Assembly (NCBI GenBank): GCA_030832085.1
Contig: JAURJU010000030.1
Location: forward strand, 20,309-84,308
Direction: 5' to 3'
Source: Chitinophagales bacterium
GTDB taxonomy: Bacteria; Bacteroidota; Bacteroidia; Chitinophagales; Chitinophagaceae
Length of the DNA stretch: 64,000 bases
Shown here: positions 1-8,842 of the stretch, piece after piece
Layout of the letters: each line of letters opens with the position of its first letter
How positions within the stretch are numbered: the stretch's first letter is position 1
Made by a program: the position numbers and the translations under genes
Notes under the pieces: generated by a model
Told to the model about the DNA's origin: nothing
The model's input: only the letters and a program-made list of their open reading frames with translations
The model's database searches: none

Positions 1-474
1 ATCGCCTTGTGCAACAAAAAACTCGCCGGTTGAAATGTCCAAAAAAGAAATCCCGTTGGCCTTTTCGCCAAAATGGATGCCCGCAAGAAAATTATTGCTG
101 TTGTGCTCAAGCAACTTGTCGTGTGTGGCCAATCCAGGCGTAACCATTTCCGTTACCCCCCTTTTCACTATCCCCTTTGCCAACTTGGGATCTTCCAACT
201 GGTCGCAAATGGCAACACGATAACCTGCTTTGACCAGTTTGTGCAGATAAGTATCAAGAGAATGGTGAGGAAACCCGGCAAGTTCTAGTGTTGAAGCAGC
301 CCCGTTGTTCCGTTTGGTCAGGGTGATGCCCAAAACTGAGGAAGATTTTATGGCGTCCTCCCCAAAGGTTTCATAAAAGTCCCCTACCCTGAACAGCAAA
401 ATCGCATCCGGGTATTTCTGTTTGATCGCCCGATGCTGCTGCATCAATGGAGTATCATGGACATTTTTACTCAT
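1..474 (-). CDS. mutS: DNA mismatch repair protein MutS, N-terminal part (runs off the left edge; not in ORF track)
   Basis: Manual translation from ATG at 474: [41 protein letters not shown]...LAGFPHH...[11 protein letters not shown]...[12 protein letters not shown], the MutS domain I signature (TPLMxQ, GDFYE). Confidence 0.95.
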   Translation of the reverse strand, partial: MSKNVHDTPLMQQHRAIKQKYPDAILLFRVGDFYETFGEDAIKSSSVLGITLTKRNNGAASTLELAGFPHHSLDTYLHKLVKAGYRVAICDQLEDPKLAKGIVKRGVTEMVTPGLATHDKLLEHNSNNFLAGIHFGEKANGISFLDISTGEFFVAQGD

Positions 475-497
475 GTTTAAAAATTGAAGCCTCGTGA

Positions 498-505
498 CAA
501 AAGTA
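498..505 (-). promoter_or_regulatory. Bacteroidetes sigma-70 -7 element upstream of mutS
   Basis: TACTTTTG on minus strand (TAnnTTTG consensus), 23 nt upstream of the mutS ATG. Confidence 0.55.
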
Positions 506-641
506 CGAAAGCGCACGATGAGATGTAAAATATATTGTAGAAGAAAGGAATCATTGAGGCCCAGGGAGCAATGGTCATGAAAACAGGTAATTGTTCTCAT
601 GTTGCACCGGAGTGAGTTTAGGTAGTTTCATAAAAACTTAC

Positions 642-1823
642 ATGTCTTCGGCCGGCAAAATAAAAACCTCGTTTACATTCCGGAACAAGCCTGTATTGAT
701 AAAAGGCGGAAATATCTATTTTTCCACCCTCGATGAAATGATTGACAATGCAAGGCAAACCATTCAATTGCAAGTCTACATTTTCGAAGAGGACGCAACA
801 GGCAAGCATGTTGCCGAAAAACTGATCAATGCAGCATTGAGAAAAGTACAGGTGCAGGTATTGCTTGACGGGTACGCATCAAGAGGACTATCAAATGGCT
901 TCAAAAATCGCATGCGGGAAAGTGGGATAAAATTAAGGTTCTTTGAGCCCATTCTAAAAGGGGGAAATTTTTATTTTGGCCGAAGGCTGCACCATAAAAT
1001 CATGGTTTGTGACGGCAGAACATCGATGGTAGGCGGTATCAATATTTCGGACCGATACAATGATATCCAAGGCGAACCTGCATGGCTGGATTGGGCCATC
1101 ATGGTTGAGGGAGAGGCTTCTCATGAATTGTTCAAGTTGTGCAATTCTTTCTTTGCCAAAAAACCAGAAGACATGGTTAGACTTAGCACGCAGGAAATTG
1201 CAAATACACCCAAGATCGATGCAGATTGTCCCATCAGGTTAAGAAGAAATGATTGGGTCATGGGGAAAAATCAAATTTCAACCAGCTACCTGGAAATGTT
1301 CAGGAATGCAAAAAATGAGATCATCATCATGTCAAGCTACTTCATTCCAGGCAATATATTTAGAAAAAACATGGTCAAGTCTTTGAAGAAAGGGGTAAAA
1401 ATAAAACTGATTCTTGCGGGAATTTCTGATGTGGGGATTGCAAAATATGCTGAGCGATATCTCTATAGATGGGCAGTAAGACATGGAATAGAGGTGCATG
1501 AATACAGACACAATATCCTTCATGGAAAAGTAGCAGTCAGTGACGGAAGGTTTGTAACCATTGGGTCCTACAACATCAATGACATCAGTGCACTGGCAAG
1601 CATTGAGTTGAACCTTGACGTTGAAAACAGAGCTTTTGCAAGAACAGTACAGGAGCGGCTTGCGGTAATCGTCCAAAATGATTGCACCCGCATTTCTCCC
1701 ATCAGTATCATCAGGACCTACAGGCGTTCTGAAAGATTGTTGCAATGGGTGTCCTATGAAACAATAAGACTTCTTTTCAATCTTTTCACGTTTTACTTTT
1801 CAAAAAACAAAGAGGAAAAATGA
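642..1823 (+). CDS. Cardiolipin synthase / phospholipase D family protein (ClsB-like)
   Basis: Two HKD motifs (HHKIMVCD, HGKVAVSD), followed by GGINI and GSYNI. Start placed at ATG 642 rather than TTG 591. Confidence 0.85.
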   Translation: MSSAGKIKTSFTFRNKPVLIKGGNIYFSTLDEMIDNARQTIQLQVYIFEEDATGKHVAEKLINAALRKVQVQVLLDGYASRGLSNGFKNRMRESGIKLRFFEPILKGGNFYFGRRLHHKIMVCDGRTSMVGGINISDRYNDIQGEPAWLDWAIMVEGEASHELFKLCNSFFAKKPEDMVRLSTQEIANTPKIDADCPIRLRRNDWVMGKNQISTSYLEMFRNAKNEIIIMSSYFIPGNIFRKNMVKSLKKGVKIKLILAGISDVGIAKYAERYLYRWAVRHGIEVHEYRHNILHGKVAVSDGRFVTIGSYNINDISALASIELNLDVENRAFARTVQERLAVIVQNDCTRISPISIIRTYRRSERLLQWVSYETIRLLFNLFTFYFSKNKEEK

Positions 1824-1865
1824 CCAGCAATCAATTGGAATTGGCCACCAGGATCATGAAAAAGG

Positions 1866-1879
1866 GTGATGGTCATCAT
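1866..1879. promoter_or_regulatory. FNR/CRP-like palindrome GTGAT-GGTC-ATCAT
   Basis: Perfect TGAT-N4-ATCA dyad at 1867-1878, 46 nt upstream of the PNPOx-like gene. Confidence 0.4.
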
Positions 1880-1925
1880 AACAATGCAGCAATACGGCCT
1901 TTAATTTCAATACAAAGAAATTGAC

Positions 1926-2381
1926 ATGACAGGGGAACTGAATGAACAACAAATCAATAATCTGCTTACCAGTCAGGCAATTGGAAGAATTGCATGCTGT
2001 GACGGGAAACACCCCTATATTGTTCCATTGACTTATTCATACGATGGCCAATACATTTACGGACAATCAACAGAAGGCCAAAAATTGGAATTGATGAGAC
2101 AAAATCCAAACGTTTGTTTTCAAGTTGACATGTCAACGAATCTTGACAATTGGCAAAGTGCCGTTGTGTTTGGACAGTTTGAAGAACTAAAAGACGAAAA
2201 GGCAGAAACAGCGAGAGAACATCTCTTTTCAAAAGTTGTTCCGCTGACGACAGCATCTGTGATTCATCAACATGAACACTGGGAAGGAAGCGGCCATGAA
2301 TTGTCTGATCAAACACGCATCAAACCCGTCATGTTTCGGATAAAGGTCAATGAAAAAAGTGGGAGATATGAAAAGCGATAA
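1926..2381 (+). CDS. Pyridoxamine 5'-phosphate oxidase-like FMN-binding protein (NimA-like)
   Basis: GRIAC...PYIVPL.Y...G.KLELMRQNPNVCFQVD...WQSAVVFG.FEEL pattern of split-barrel flavin proteins. Confidence 0.85.
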   Translation: MTGELNEQQINNLLTSQAIGRIACCDGKHPYIVPLTYSYDGQYIYGQSTEGQKLELMRQNPNVCFQVDMSTNLDNWQSAVVFGQFEELKDEKAETAREHLFSKVVPLTTASVIHQHEHWEGSGHELSDQTRIKPVMFRIKVNEKSGRYEKR

Positions 2382-2384
2382 ACG

Positions 2385-3053
2385 ATGGAGGACAAATCGA
2401 TATTCTTGGACAGGGAAGATGCCGGACGGCGCTTGGCCCAAAAAATACTGGACCTTCATTTAAAGGGGGACATTGTAGTGGCAATGCCTAGAGGAGGGGT
2501 ACCTATCGGACTTGCGGTTGCAAAAATACTCCAACTGCCCCTCAAACTATACCTTGTCAGAAAAATTGGACATCCTTCAAACAATGAATACGCTGTGGGG
2601 GCAGTCTCTGAAAGCGACCTGCTGTTGAATGCAGATGAAAATCTGGATAAGGGTTATTTAGAGAAAAAGGTCAAAAAGGAAAGACAAAGGATTGCAGAAA
2701 TGAAGAAAATATTTGGGAGGGCTGCATCAGCTGATGATCTCCATGGGAAAAATGCAATCATCGTTGATGATGGAATTGCAACAGGAAGCTGCATGGAGCT
2801 GGCAATCAGGGAAGTCCGCAAAGCTGGGGCAAGGTCCATAATTGTAGCTGTACCTGTTTGCCCTGCAAATACACAGAAAAAAATACAACCCCTGACAGAC
2901 CACACCATTAGTCTGTTGGAGCCACTTCGTTTTACCGGAATAGGGGCTTACTACCAGGATTTTTCCCAACTGACAGATCAGGAAGTCGTGGAAATGCTAA
3001 CAAAAGTCGCTCAGAACGAGATTTCGGTGGTTGAAAAAACTGCAAGTGGGTGA
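2385..3053 (+). CDS. Type I phosphoribosyltransferase (Rv0571c/Rv2143-like family)
   Basis: DREDAGRRLA, PRGGVP, VRKIGHP, PRPP loop IIVDDGIATG, GAYYQDFSQLTDQEV. Confidence 0.85.
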   Translation: MEDKSIFLDREDAGRRLAQKILDLHLKGDIVVAMPRGGVPIGLAVAKILQLPLKLYLVRKIGHPSNNEYAVGAVSESDLLLNADENLDKGYLEKKVKKERQRIAEMKKIFGRAASADDLHGKNAIIVDDGIATGSCMELAIREVRKAGARSIIVAVPVCPANTQKKIQPLTDHTISLLEPLRFTGIGAYYQDFSQLTDQEVVEMLTKVAQNEISVVEKTASG

Positions 3054-3222
3054 TAGAATTGAGCCAATGGTCATGCATTATCATGAATACAGCCTACAAA
3101 AATGATTCTTTTCTTTTTTATCTAATTAAACAAGATTCCTTACAAATAATAAGTATTTTCACTTACTACTAAGTATTTACGCATATTCGTTTATCGTACC
3201 GAAATGCAATATTTGAACCGAA

Positions 3223-3561
3223 ATGGACTTTAAGCGATTGAACAACATGACAGGAAAGGATCCGGTCCTAAACCGCAGGATCGCTTCAATTTTCTTGAAT
3301 GAGTTCGAGTCTTTTAAAAAAATGTTTGCATCACTTCCTTCCATTGAAGCACTTGATCAACTTCAGTTTGCGCTGCACAAAATCAAACCGAGTCTTGTGA
3401 TTTTTGAGTTGGATTCCCTTGTCAAGAAATATGAGGAGTTGTTGGAAATCAAAAAATCAGGCGGAACAATTGCAGATGATGACCAGCTTTTCAAGGATGT
3501 CATTGAACAGACTGATACAAAATTTAAAATGGTAAAAGAATTCCTGAATACCCTTCCCTGA
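3223..3561 (+). CDS. Stand-alone Hpt (histidine phosphotransfer) domain protein
   Basis: 112 aa, helical, with ALHKIKPSL matching the Bacteroidetes Hpt H-K-x-K-P-S motif. Confidence 0.65.
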   Translation: MDFKRLNNMTGKDPVLNRRIASIFLNEFESFKKMFASLPSIEALDQLQFALHKIKPSLVIFELDSLVKKYEELLEIKKSGGTIADDDQLFKDVIEQTDTKFKMVKEFLNTLP

Positions 3562-3566
3562 AAGGA

Positions 3567-4211
3567 TTATTGAGCATTCCCGTAAAATTTGTTATAGGCT
3601 TCTACCCTGTTGTTTACATGAAGTTTCTTGTAAATGTTGTACACATGTTTTCTGACTGTTTCTCCGGAAATGCCCAATGCAACAGCGATTTCCTTGTACA
3701 ATCTTCCCTTGACCAATAATTCCAGGATTTCATACTCTCTCGCAGAAAGGCTTTCCATCAATTCAAGATCCCGGACGCCTTCCTTCCGATTGAAGCTTGC
3801 CACTACCCTGCTTGCAATTTGACTTGTCATTGGTGCACCGCCATCATATAGATCCTGGATGGCTGCTACCAATTCGTCTGGCTTAATCTTTTTAAGAATA
3901 TAGCCACTTGCTCCAGCGGCAAGTGCATCAAAAATCTTTTCATCATCTTCATGAACAGTACACATCATGAAACGGATACTGGGGCATTTTTGTTTTAAAT
4001 AACGCACAGCCTCAATACCAGACATTTTTCCCATATTGATGTCCATCAAGACAATATCCGGAACATTCGCTGGTATTTTTTCAACGGCTTCTTCTCCTGA
4101 ACCATAAAGGGCCAAAACCTTATACCCTTCGGTGTTGAGCAGAATTTGTTCAAAAGCAATTCTGATAAAATGATTGTCTTCGACAATGCTCACTGCAATT
4201 TGCTTACTCAT
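3567..4211 (-). CDS. NarL/FixJ (LuxR) family response regulator
   Basis: REC domain (IVEDN, VLMDINM, GASGYILK) plus LuxR HTH (LSAREYEIL...YKEIA...ISGETVRKHVYNIYKKLHV). Confidence 0.93.
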   Translation of the reverse strand: MSKQIAVSIVEDNHFIRIAFEQILLNTEGYKVLALYGSGEEAVEKIPANVPDIVLMDINMGKMSGIEAVRYLKQKCPSIRFMMCTVHEDDEKIFDALAAGASGYILKKIKPDELVAAIQDLYDGGAPMTSQIASRVVASFNRKEGVRDLELMESLSAREYEILELLVKGRLYKEIAVALGISGETVRKHVYNIYKKLHVNNRVEAYNKFYGNAQ

Positions 4212-4288
4212 ACTTTATAAAGTTAAATAACCAAAGGATCTCAAAGCTGCAAACAACAGGCGAATTCCTAAAAACTATATTTCCGTAT

Positions 4289-4915
4289 TTACAAAGGAAC
4301 GTACAAAATGTACTTTTCATCAAAAAAGGGCTCTTCAAAAAAATGATTGACAGCATGAAGATGGGGGCGTGTTTGCGACAGTGCAATTTCATCCGTGAGG
4401 TCCCCGCCCTTTAGGCAGATTAATCCATTTTTCAGTTCCTCCATTTTTCTTTCCTTGCGCAACAAGGGCCGGGTCCACCGCCACAAATCCCCAAGGGGCG
4501 CAACTGCCCTTGATACAGCAAAGTCGAATTTTCGTCCCTTGATGTTCTCGGCACGGGTATGCTCAACTGTGATGTTTGAAATTTCAAGCGCATCGGCCAC
4601 AGCCTCAACAACCTTCAACTTTTTAGCAATGGAGTCTACCAAATGAAACTGCACATCTGGGAAAAAGATGGCCAATGGAATTCCGGGAAACCCACCTCCC
4701 GTTCCAATGTCAATCACTTCCAGGCCATTGGCCAATGGATACTTTGCTGCAATGCAAAGGGAATGCAATACGTGTCGCTCATAGAGTGCATCTATATCCT
4801 TTCTGGATACCACATTGATCTTTTCATTCCACTCACTGTACACTTCGCCCAACCGACCAAACTGATTTGCTTGTTTTGATGAAAATTCACTGAAATATTT
4901 CGATATCAGTTCCAT
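4289..4915 (-). CDS. rsmG: 16S rRNA m7G527 methyltransferase RsmG
   Basis: WNEKINVVSR, HVLHSL, DIGTGGGFPGIPLAI, VSRAVA, LKGGDL. Start set at ATG 4915, overlapping the GT2 stop. Confidence 0.93.
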   Translation of the reverse strand: MELISKYFSEFSSKQANQFGRLGEVYSEWNEKINVVSRKDIDALYERHVLHSLCIAAKYPLANGLEVIDIGTGGGFPGIPLAIFFPDVQFHLVDSIAKKLKVVEAVADALEISNITVEHTRAENIKGRKFDFAVSRAVAPLGDLWRWTRPLLRKERKMEELKNGLICLKGGDLTDEIALSQTRPHLHAVNHFFEEPFFDEKYILYVPL

Positions 4916-6021
4916 TGGTTTCTTGGCTTTTTCCATAAAGAAGAAATGAAAATCAGGTAATAGAAAAACATCCAAATGTCCCAAAGCCAATAAAAAACAA
5001 AAAGGTCTGTTTCGCCCAATTTTTTCATGGATTTGAAAAAAACAAGGCCTTGAATGATGAACCGTGTTCCCCAAACACCCAAAACCCACCTCCAATCAAA
5101 AGTAAACAATGCAGCAACCATCAGTGGGTAGAACAAGAAATGAGATGAAAGATAAAATCCCAACAACCACCTGTGTCTGCTTTTATAATATTTTCCGGTT
5201 GCATTGTGCCGCTCTTTCTGTCCAATCCACTCACTCCATGAACTTGCCGGCGTTGAATAGGTAAACGCCTCCTTGTCTATGACGACTGCTGTGTTCGCTG
5301 CTGTTGCACATGCATTGACAAAAAGATCATCGTCTCCGCCAGGCAAATGGTGGTGGGAAGCAAATCCCTTTTGCCTGAAAAACAACTGGCGTTTGTATGC
5401 CAAATTTCGTCCAACACCCATATAGGGTTGGCCACCCAATGCACAGGATAAATATTGTAAGGCCGTATGAAAGGTATCGTAACGAATGATTTTGTTGAGC
5501 AGGCCTTTCTTGCGCTTGTAAGCTCCATATCCCAAGACAATTTCAATCCCATCCTGGAATGCATTCTGCATCTTCAATATCCAATGTTCTGAAGCTGGAA
5601 TACAGTCAGCGTCCGTCATCAAGAGCAATTCATGCTTTGCAGATTTTATGCCTACAGAAAGTGGAAATTTTTTGCCGGGAATATGCAGAGCTTCCTGTTT
5701 CAATTCAACCAGGTGCAGCTGCTTGAAATCCTTGTATAAACCTTCGAGCAGGTACTTTGTATCGTCCTGGGAATTGTCATTGACCACGACAATCTCATGT
5801 GTGCTTCTGTAAGTTTGGGCCAGAACTCCTGGAAGGTTTGATTCAATTTCATCTGCCTCATCCCTTGCGCAGACAATTACGCTTACAGCCTGCTCCCTGA
5901 AAGAAGACTTTTCCTTTTCCTTGTAAAAAGCAAGCAGGCGGAAATAACGCAAGTAATAAAAAACCTGGACTGAAGTCACCAGAAAAAAAGCCAGCATGGG
6001 CATCCACATTAACATACTCAT
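4906..6021 (-). CDS. Glycosyltransferase family 2, membrane-bound
   Basis: SVIVCARDE, VVNDNSQD, LLMTDADC, GDDDLFV, C-terminal TM helices. Several possible start Met residues. Confidence 0.85.
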   Translation of the reverse strand: MSMLMWMPMLAFFLVTSVQVFYYLRYFRLLAFYKEKEKSSFREQAVSVIVCARDEADEIESNLPGVLAQTYRSTHEIVVVNDNSQDDTKYLLEGLYKDFKQLHLVELKQEALHIPGKKFPLSVGIKSAKHELLLMTDADCIPASEHWILKMQNAFQDGIEIVLGYGAYKRKKGLLNKIIRYDTFHTALQYLSCALGGQPYMGVGRNLAYKRQLFFRQKGFASHHHLPGGDDDLFVNACATAANTAVVIDKEAFTYSTPASSWSEWIGQKERHNATGKYYKSRHRWLLGFYLSSHFLFYPLMVAALFTFDWRWVLGVWGTRFIIQGLVFFKSMKKLGETDLFVFYWLWDIWMFFYYLIFISSLWKKPRNQWN

Positions 6022-6026
6022 GCTTG

Positions 6027-6034
6027 CAAAGATA
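6027..6034 (-). promoter_or_regulatory. -7 element for the GT2-rsmG unit
   Basis: TATCTTTG on minus strand in the GT2/folC divergent gap. Confidence 0.5.
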
Positions 6035-6049
6035 CAATATCTTTACACC

Positions 6050-7354
6050 ATGGACTATCAATCATGCATTGATTACCTCTATACAAAACTGCCCATGTTC
6101 AGCAGAACAGGTGCCGCTGCCCTTAAAATGGACCTCTCCAATACAATTTCCCTTTGTGAGGCATTGGGCAACCCGCAAAAGAAGTTCAAAACCATTCATG
6201 TGGCAGGAACAAATGGCAAAGGTTCTGTAAGCCACCTTATCGCATCCATCCTGCAGGAAGCGGGATACAAAACCGGGCTCTACACTTCGCCCCACCTGAT
6301 GGATTTCAGGGAAAGGATCAGGATCAACGGCAACATGATTTCCAAAGAAAATGTTGTTGACTTTACCGAAAAAATCAGCCATTTGATTGAAGCAATAGAA
6401 CCTTCGTTTTTTGAGGTGACCGTTGCCATGGCGTTCAATCATTTTGCAGAGGAATGTGTTGAAGTGGCGGTTATCGAAACAGGACTTGGCGGAAGGCTAG
6501 ACAGCACCAATATCATCAACCCCGAAATTTCCATCATCACCAACATTGGGCTGGACCATGTGCAATTGCTCGGCAATACCTTCAAATTGATTGCCACCGA
6601 AAAGGCGGGCATCATCAAAGGGAAAACCCCGGTAGTCATTGGTCAGACAATGCCTGAAACAGCTGAAGTTTTCAAGCAAAAGGCACTTGAAATGCAAGCA
6701 CCCATTGTATTCTCAGACGCGCTATGGGAAGCAATTCCCTTGCCAAGTCTCTCCGGAACAATCGCTGTGGAGTTGGTCAACCCCTTAAACAGGGAGAAGA
6801 AAGTATACCATTCCGACCTTGCCGGCATCTACCAATCAGAAAACATACGGACTGTTGTCACTGCAGTGGAAATCTTGGTCAACACAGGATGGAAGATTGA
6901 TGCGTTATCCATTGCATCCGGGATAGCCCATGCAAAAAAAAATACTGGACTTCAGGGAAGATGGGAAACCATCCACAAAAATCCATACCTCATATTGGAT
7001 GTAGCCCACAATACAGAAGGAATGAGACAGGTCATTCACCAAATCAATGCATCAGGATTTGATAACCTGTACATTGTCCTGGGCATGTCAAAAGACAAGG
7101 ACATTGGTGCTGTTCTTGAAATGCTTCCCCTTACTGCGCAATATGGCTATACCAAGGCGGATATACCAAGGGCATTGGAAGTGGAAACACTGTCATCAAT
7201 GGCCAACGCTATCGGTCTGAATGGAGAATGTTTCGGGGATGTGAACACTGCAATTGAACATTTCAGTAAAAAAGCAGGAAGCAATGATCTCATCCTTGTT
7301 TGCGGAAGTGTTTTCGTTGTAGGAGAGGTTGATCGCGGAAGATGGGTTCAATAA
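6050..7354 (+). CDS. folC: Bifunctional folylpolyglutamate synthase/dihydrofolate synthase
   Basis: HVAGTNGKGS, YTSPHL, ETGLGGRLDSTN, GRWE, DVAHN, CGSVFVVG. Start set at ATG 6050. Confidence 0.95.
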   Translation: MDYQSCIDYLYTKLPMFSRTGAAALKMDLSNTISLCEALGNPQKKFKTIHVAGTNGKGSVSHLIASILQEAGYKTGLYTSPHLMDFRERIRINGNMISKENVVDFTEKISHLIEAIEPSFFEVTVAMAFNHFAEECVEVAVIETGLGGRLDSTNIINPEISIITNIGLDHVQLLGNTFKLIATEKAGIIKGKTPVVIGQTMPETAEVFKQKALEMQAPIVFSDALWEAIPLPSLSGTIAVELVNPLNREKKVYHSDLAGIYQSENIRTVVTAVEILVNTGWKIDALSIASGIAHAKKNTGLQGRWETIHKNPYLILDVAHNTEGMRQVIHQINASGFDNLYIVLGMSKDKDIGAVLEMLPLTAQYGYTKADIPRALEVETLSSMANAIGLNGECFGDVNTAIEHFSKKAGSNDLILVCGSVFVVGEVDRGRWVQ

Positions 7355-7899
7355 TGCAACTCTCCCAATGTTGACAAAGCATAAAACAATGCAGTAACAT
7401 GCATGCTTTGCAAGATCTCATTGTTTTTCAGCATAGATTTCACTTCATCAATGGTCAGCAGGTGAATTTCAATTTCCTCGTTTGCGTCCAGTTGTTGATT
7501 GCCTGTTTTTTCTCCACCGGTGGCCAGGTAAAAATGCATCCAGTTGTTGTGGGTTGAAGGGTTTGCTGATGTTTTTCCAAGATATTCAATTGCCTTGAAT
7601 TCATAGCCGGTCTCTTCCCTCAGTTCCCTTGCTATGGCTGTTTTCGGGTCTTTGTCATCGTCATCAATACAGCCTCCAGGTATTTCCATAAGGGTCATGC
7701 CACTGGCATGCCTGTACTGCCTTTCGAAAATAAATTTGCCATCATGGGTTATTGCTACTGCAGTTACCCAATCGGGAAATTCGTAGACATAATAAGGATC
7801 AACAATTTTTCCGTCTTTGCGGGAACAGGTATCCTTCCTCACCGTAAACCAAAGGTCCTTGAAAAGATAGTCAGACTTGATCAGCTTCCACTCCATCAC
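7348..7899 (-). CDS. NUDIX hydrolase (ADP-ribose pyrophosphatase-like)
   Basis: Nudix box EIPGGCID...AIARELREETGY; QYRHA; LDANEEIEI. Confidence 0.88.
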   Translation of the reverse strand: MMEWKLIKSDYLFKDLWFTVRKDTCSRKDGKIVDPYYVYEFPDWVTAVAITHDGKFIFERQYRHASGMTLMEIPGGCIDDDDKDPKTAIARELREETGYEFKAIEYLGKTSANPSTHNNWMHFYLATGGEKTGNQQLDANEEIEIHLLTIDEVKSMLKNNEILQSMHVTALFYALSTLGELHY

Positions 7900-8789
7900 C
7901 CATTTTTTTTGGCCCTGATCAATGCTCTTCTGATATAAGGGGCTTTCAATTTCTTGTCATAATAAAATATCATGTACCCCTTTGATGGCTTCACTGCGTA
8001 GCCCGCCGACTGAAGCAAGTTTGTGAATTCTGCCTCGTCATCGTGCTGATGATATGTGCACAAAGCAATTTTGATGTTCGTCGCATTGCAAATGGTATCC
8101 TTAAAGCCTTGTAGCAATTTTCGCTCACCACCATCAACATCAATTTTCAGAAAGGTCAATTCCTTGTCATAAAAGAATTTGTCTCCTGAACAGTTTTTTT
8201 CATCATTCTTGTCTGAAACAAATTTGGGAACAATTTCAACCTTGTCCTTCCATGGCAAAAAAGTCATTTCCAGTGCTTCCTTCCATTCGGGATCAGATTC
8301 AAACAAATAAACTTTTTTGATTCTTTCAATCACTGAGAGTGAAAAGTTTCCTTCCGCAGCTCCAAAATCAGCCAAAACATCTTCCTGACCAAGGTCGAAA
8401 TCTGCTGACAAATAGCGGTGAGGACTTTCAGGGTCCTGTTCAAGGGATAAATCGTGAAAGGACTTTTGGATCCTGTTGGCCGACCACCTTCGTTTGAAGT
8501 AGAGCCGCTTTCCGTCCATCATCACATACTTCAATCCACAGGATGAATCCTCATGAACAGCAATAGAGGATGCATCATATTTTTCAGTGAAATCGTAAGG
8601 AAAAATTTGCACCCCCTTTCTCTTGATATAATCCATGACAGCCTTGCGCTCAGGATCGTTCGAACAATCGTTGATCCTTGAATGAAAATCGGGAATACGT
8701 TTGGCCAAAGATGATAACAACAATCTTGTTCTAATCGGCTTGGGCACAAGCATCCTGTAAAGTTGGAACATTAGCGACATCTTCGGCAT
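7896..8789 (-). CDS. FkbM-like SAM-dependent methyltransferase
   Basis: LADFGAAEGNF (motif I), LFES, FLKIDVDGGE, IALCTYH. Confidence 0.7.
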   Translation of the reverse strand: MPKMSLMFQLYRMLVPKPIRTRLLLSSLAKRIPDFHSRINDCSNDPERKAVMDYIKRKGVQIFPYDFTEKYDASSIAVHEDSSCGLKYVMMDGKRLYFKRRWSANRIQKSFHDLSLEQDPESPHRYLSADFDLGQEDVLADFGAAEGNFSLSVIERIKKVYLFESDPEWKEALEMTFLPWKDKVEIVPKFVSDKNDEKNCSGDKFFYDKELTFLKIDVDGGERKLLQGFKDTICNATNIKIALCTYHQHDDEAEFTNLLQSAGYAVKPSKGYMIFYYDKKLKAPYIRRALIRAKKNG

Positions 8790-8842
8790 TTAATGAAATG
8801 AGCCCAAATGTATTGAAACAAGTTCAACATTTAACATGTTCA

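Noticed and set aside
4301-4313. GTAC-N5-GTAC dyad near the response regulator
   Set aside because: Lies inside the rsmG coding sequence; short and likely chance.
4916-5095. Upstream extension of rsmG inside the GT2 gene
   Set aside because: Same artefact; the start at 4915 fits the family N-terminus.
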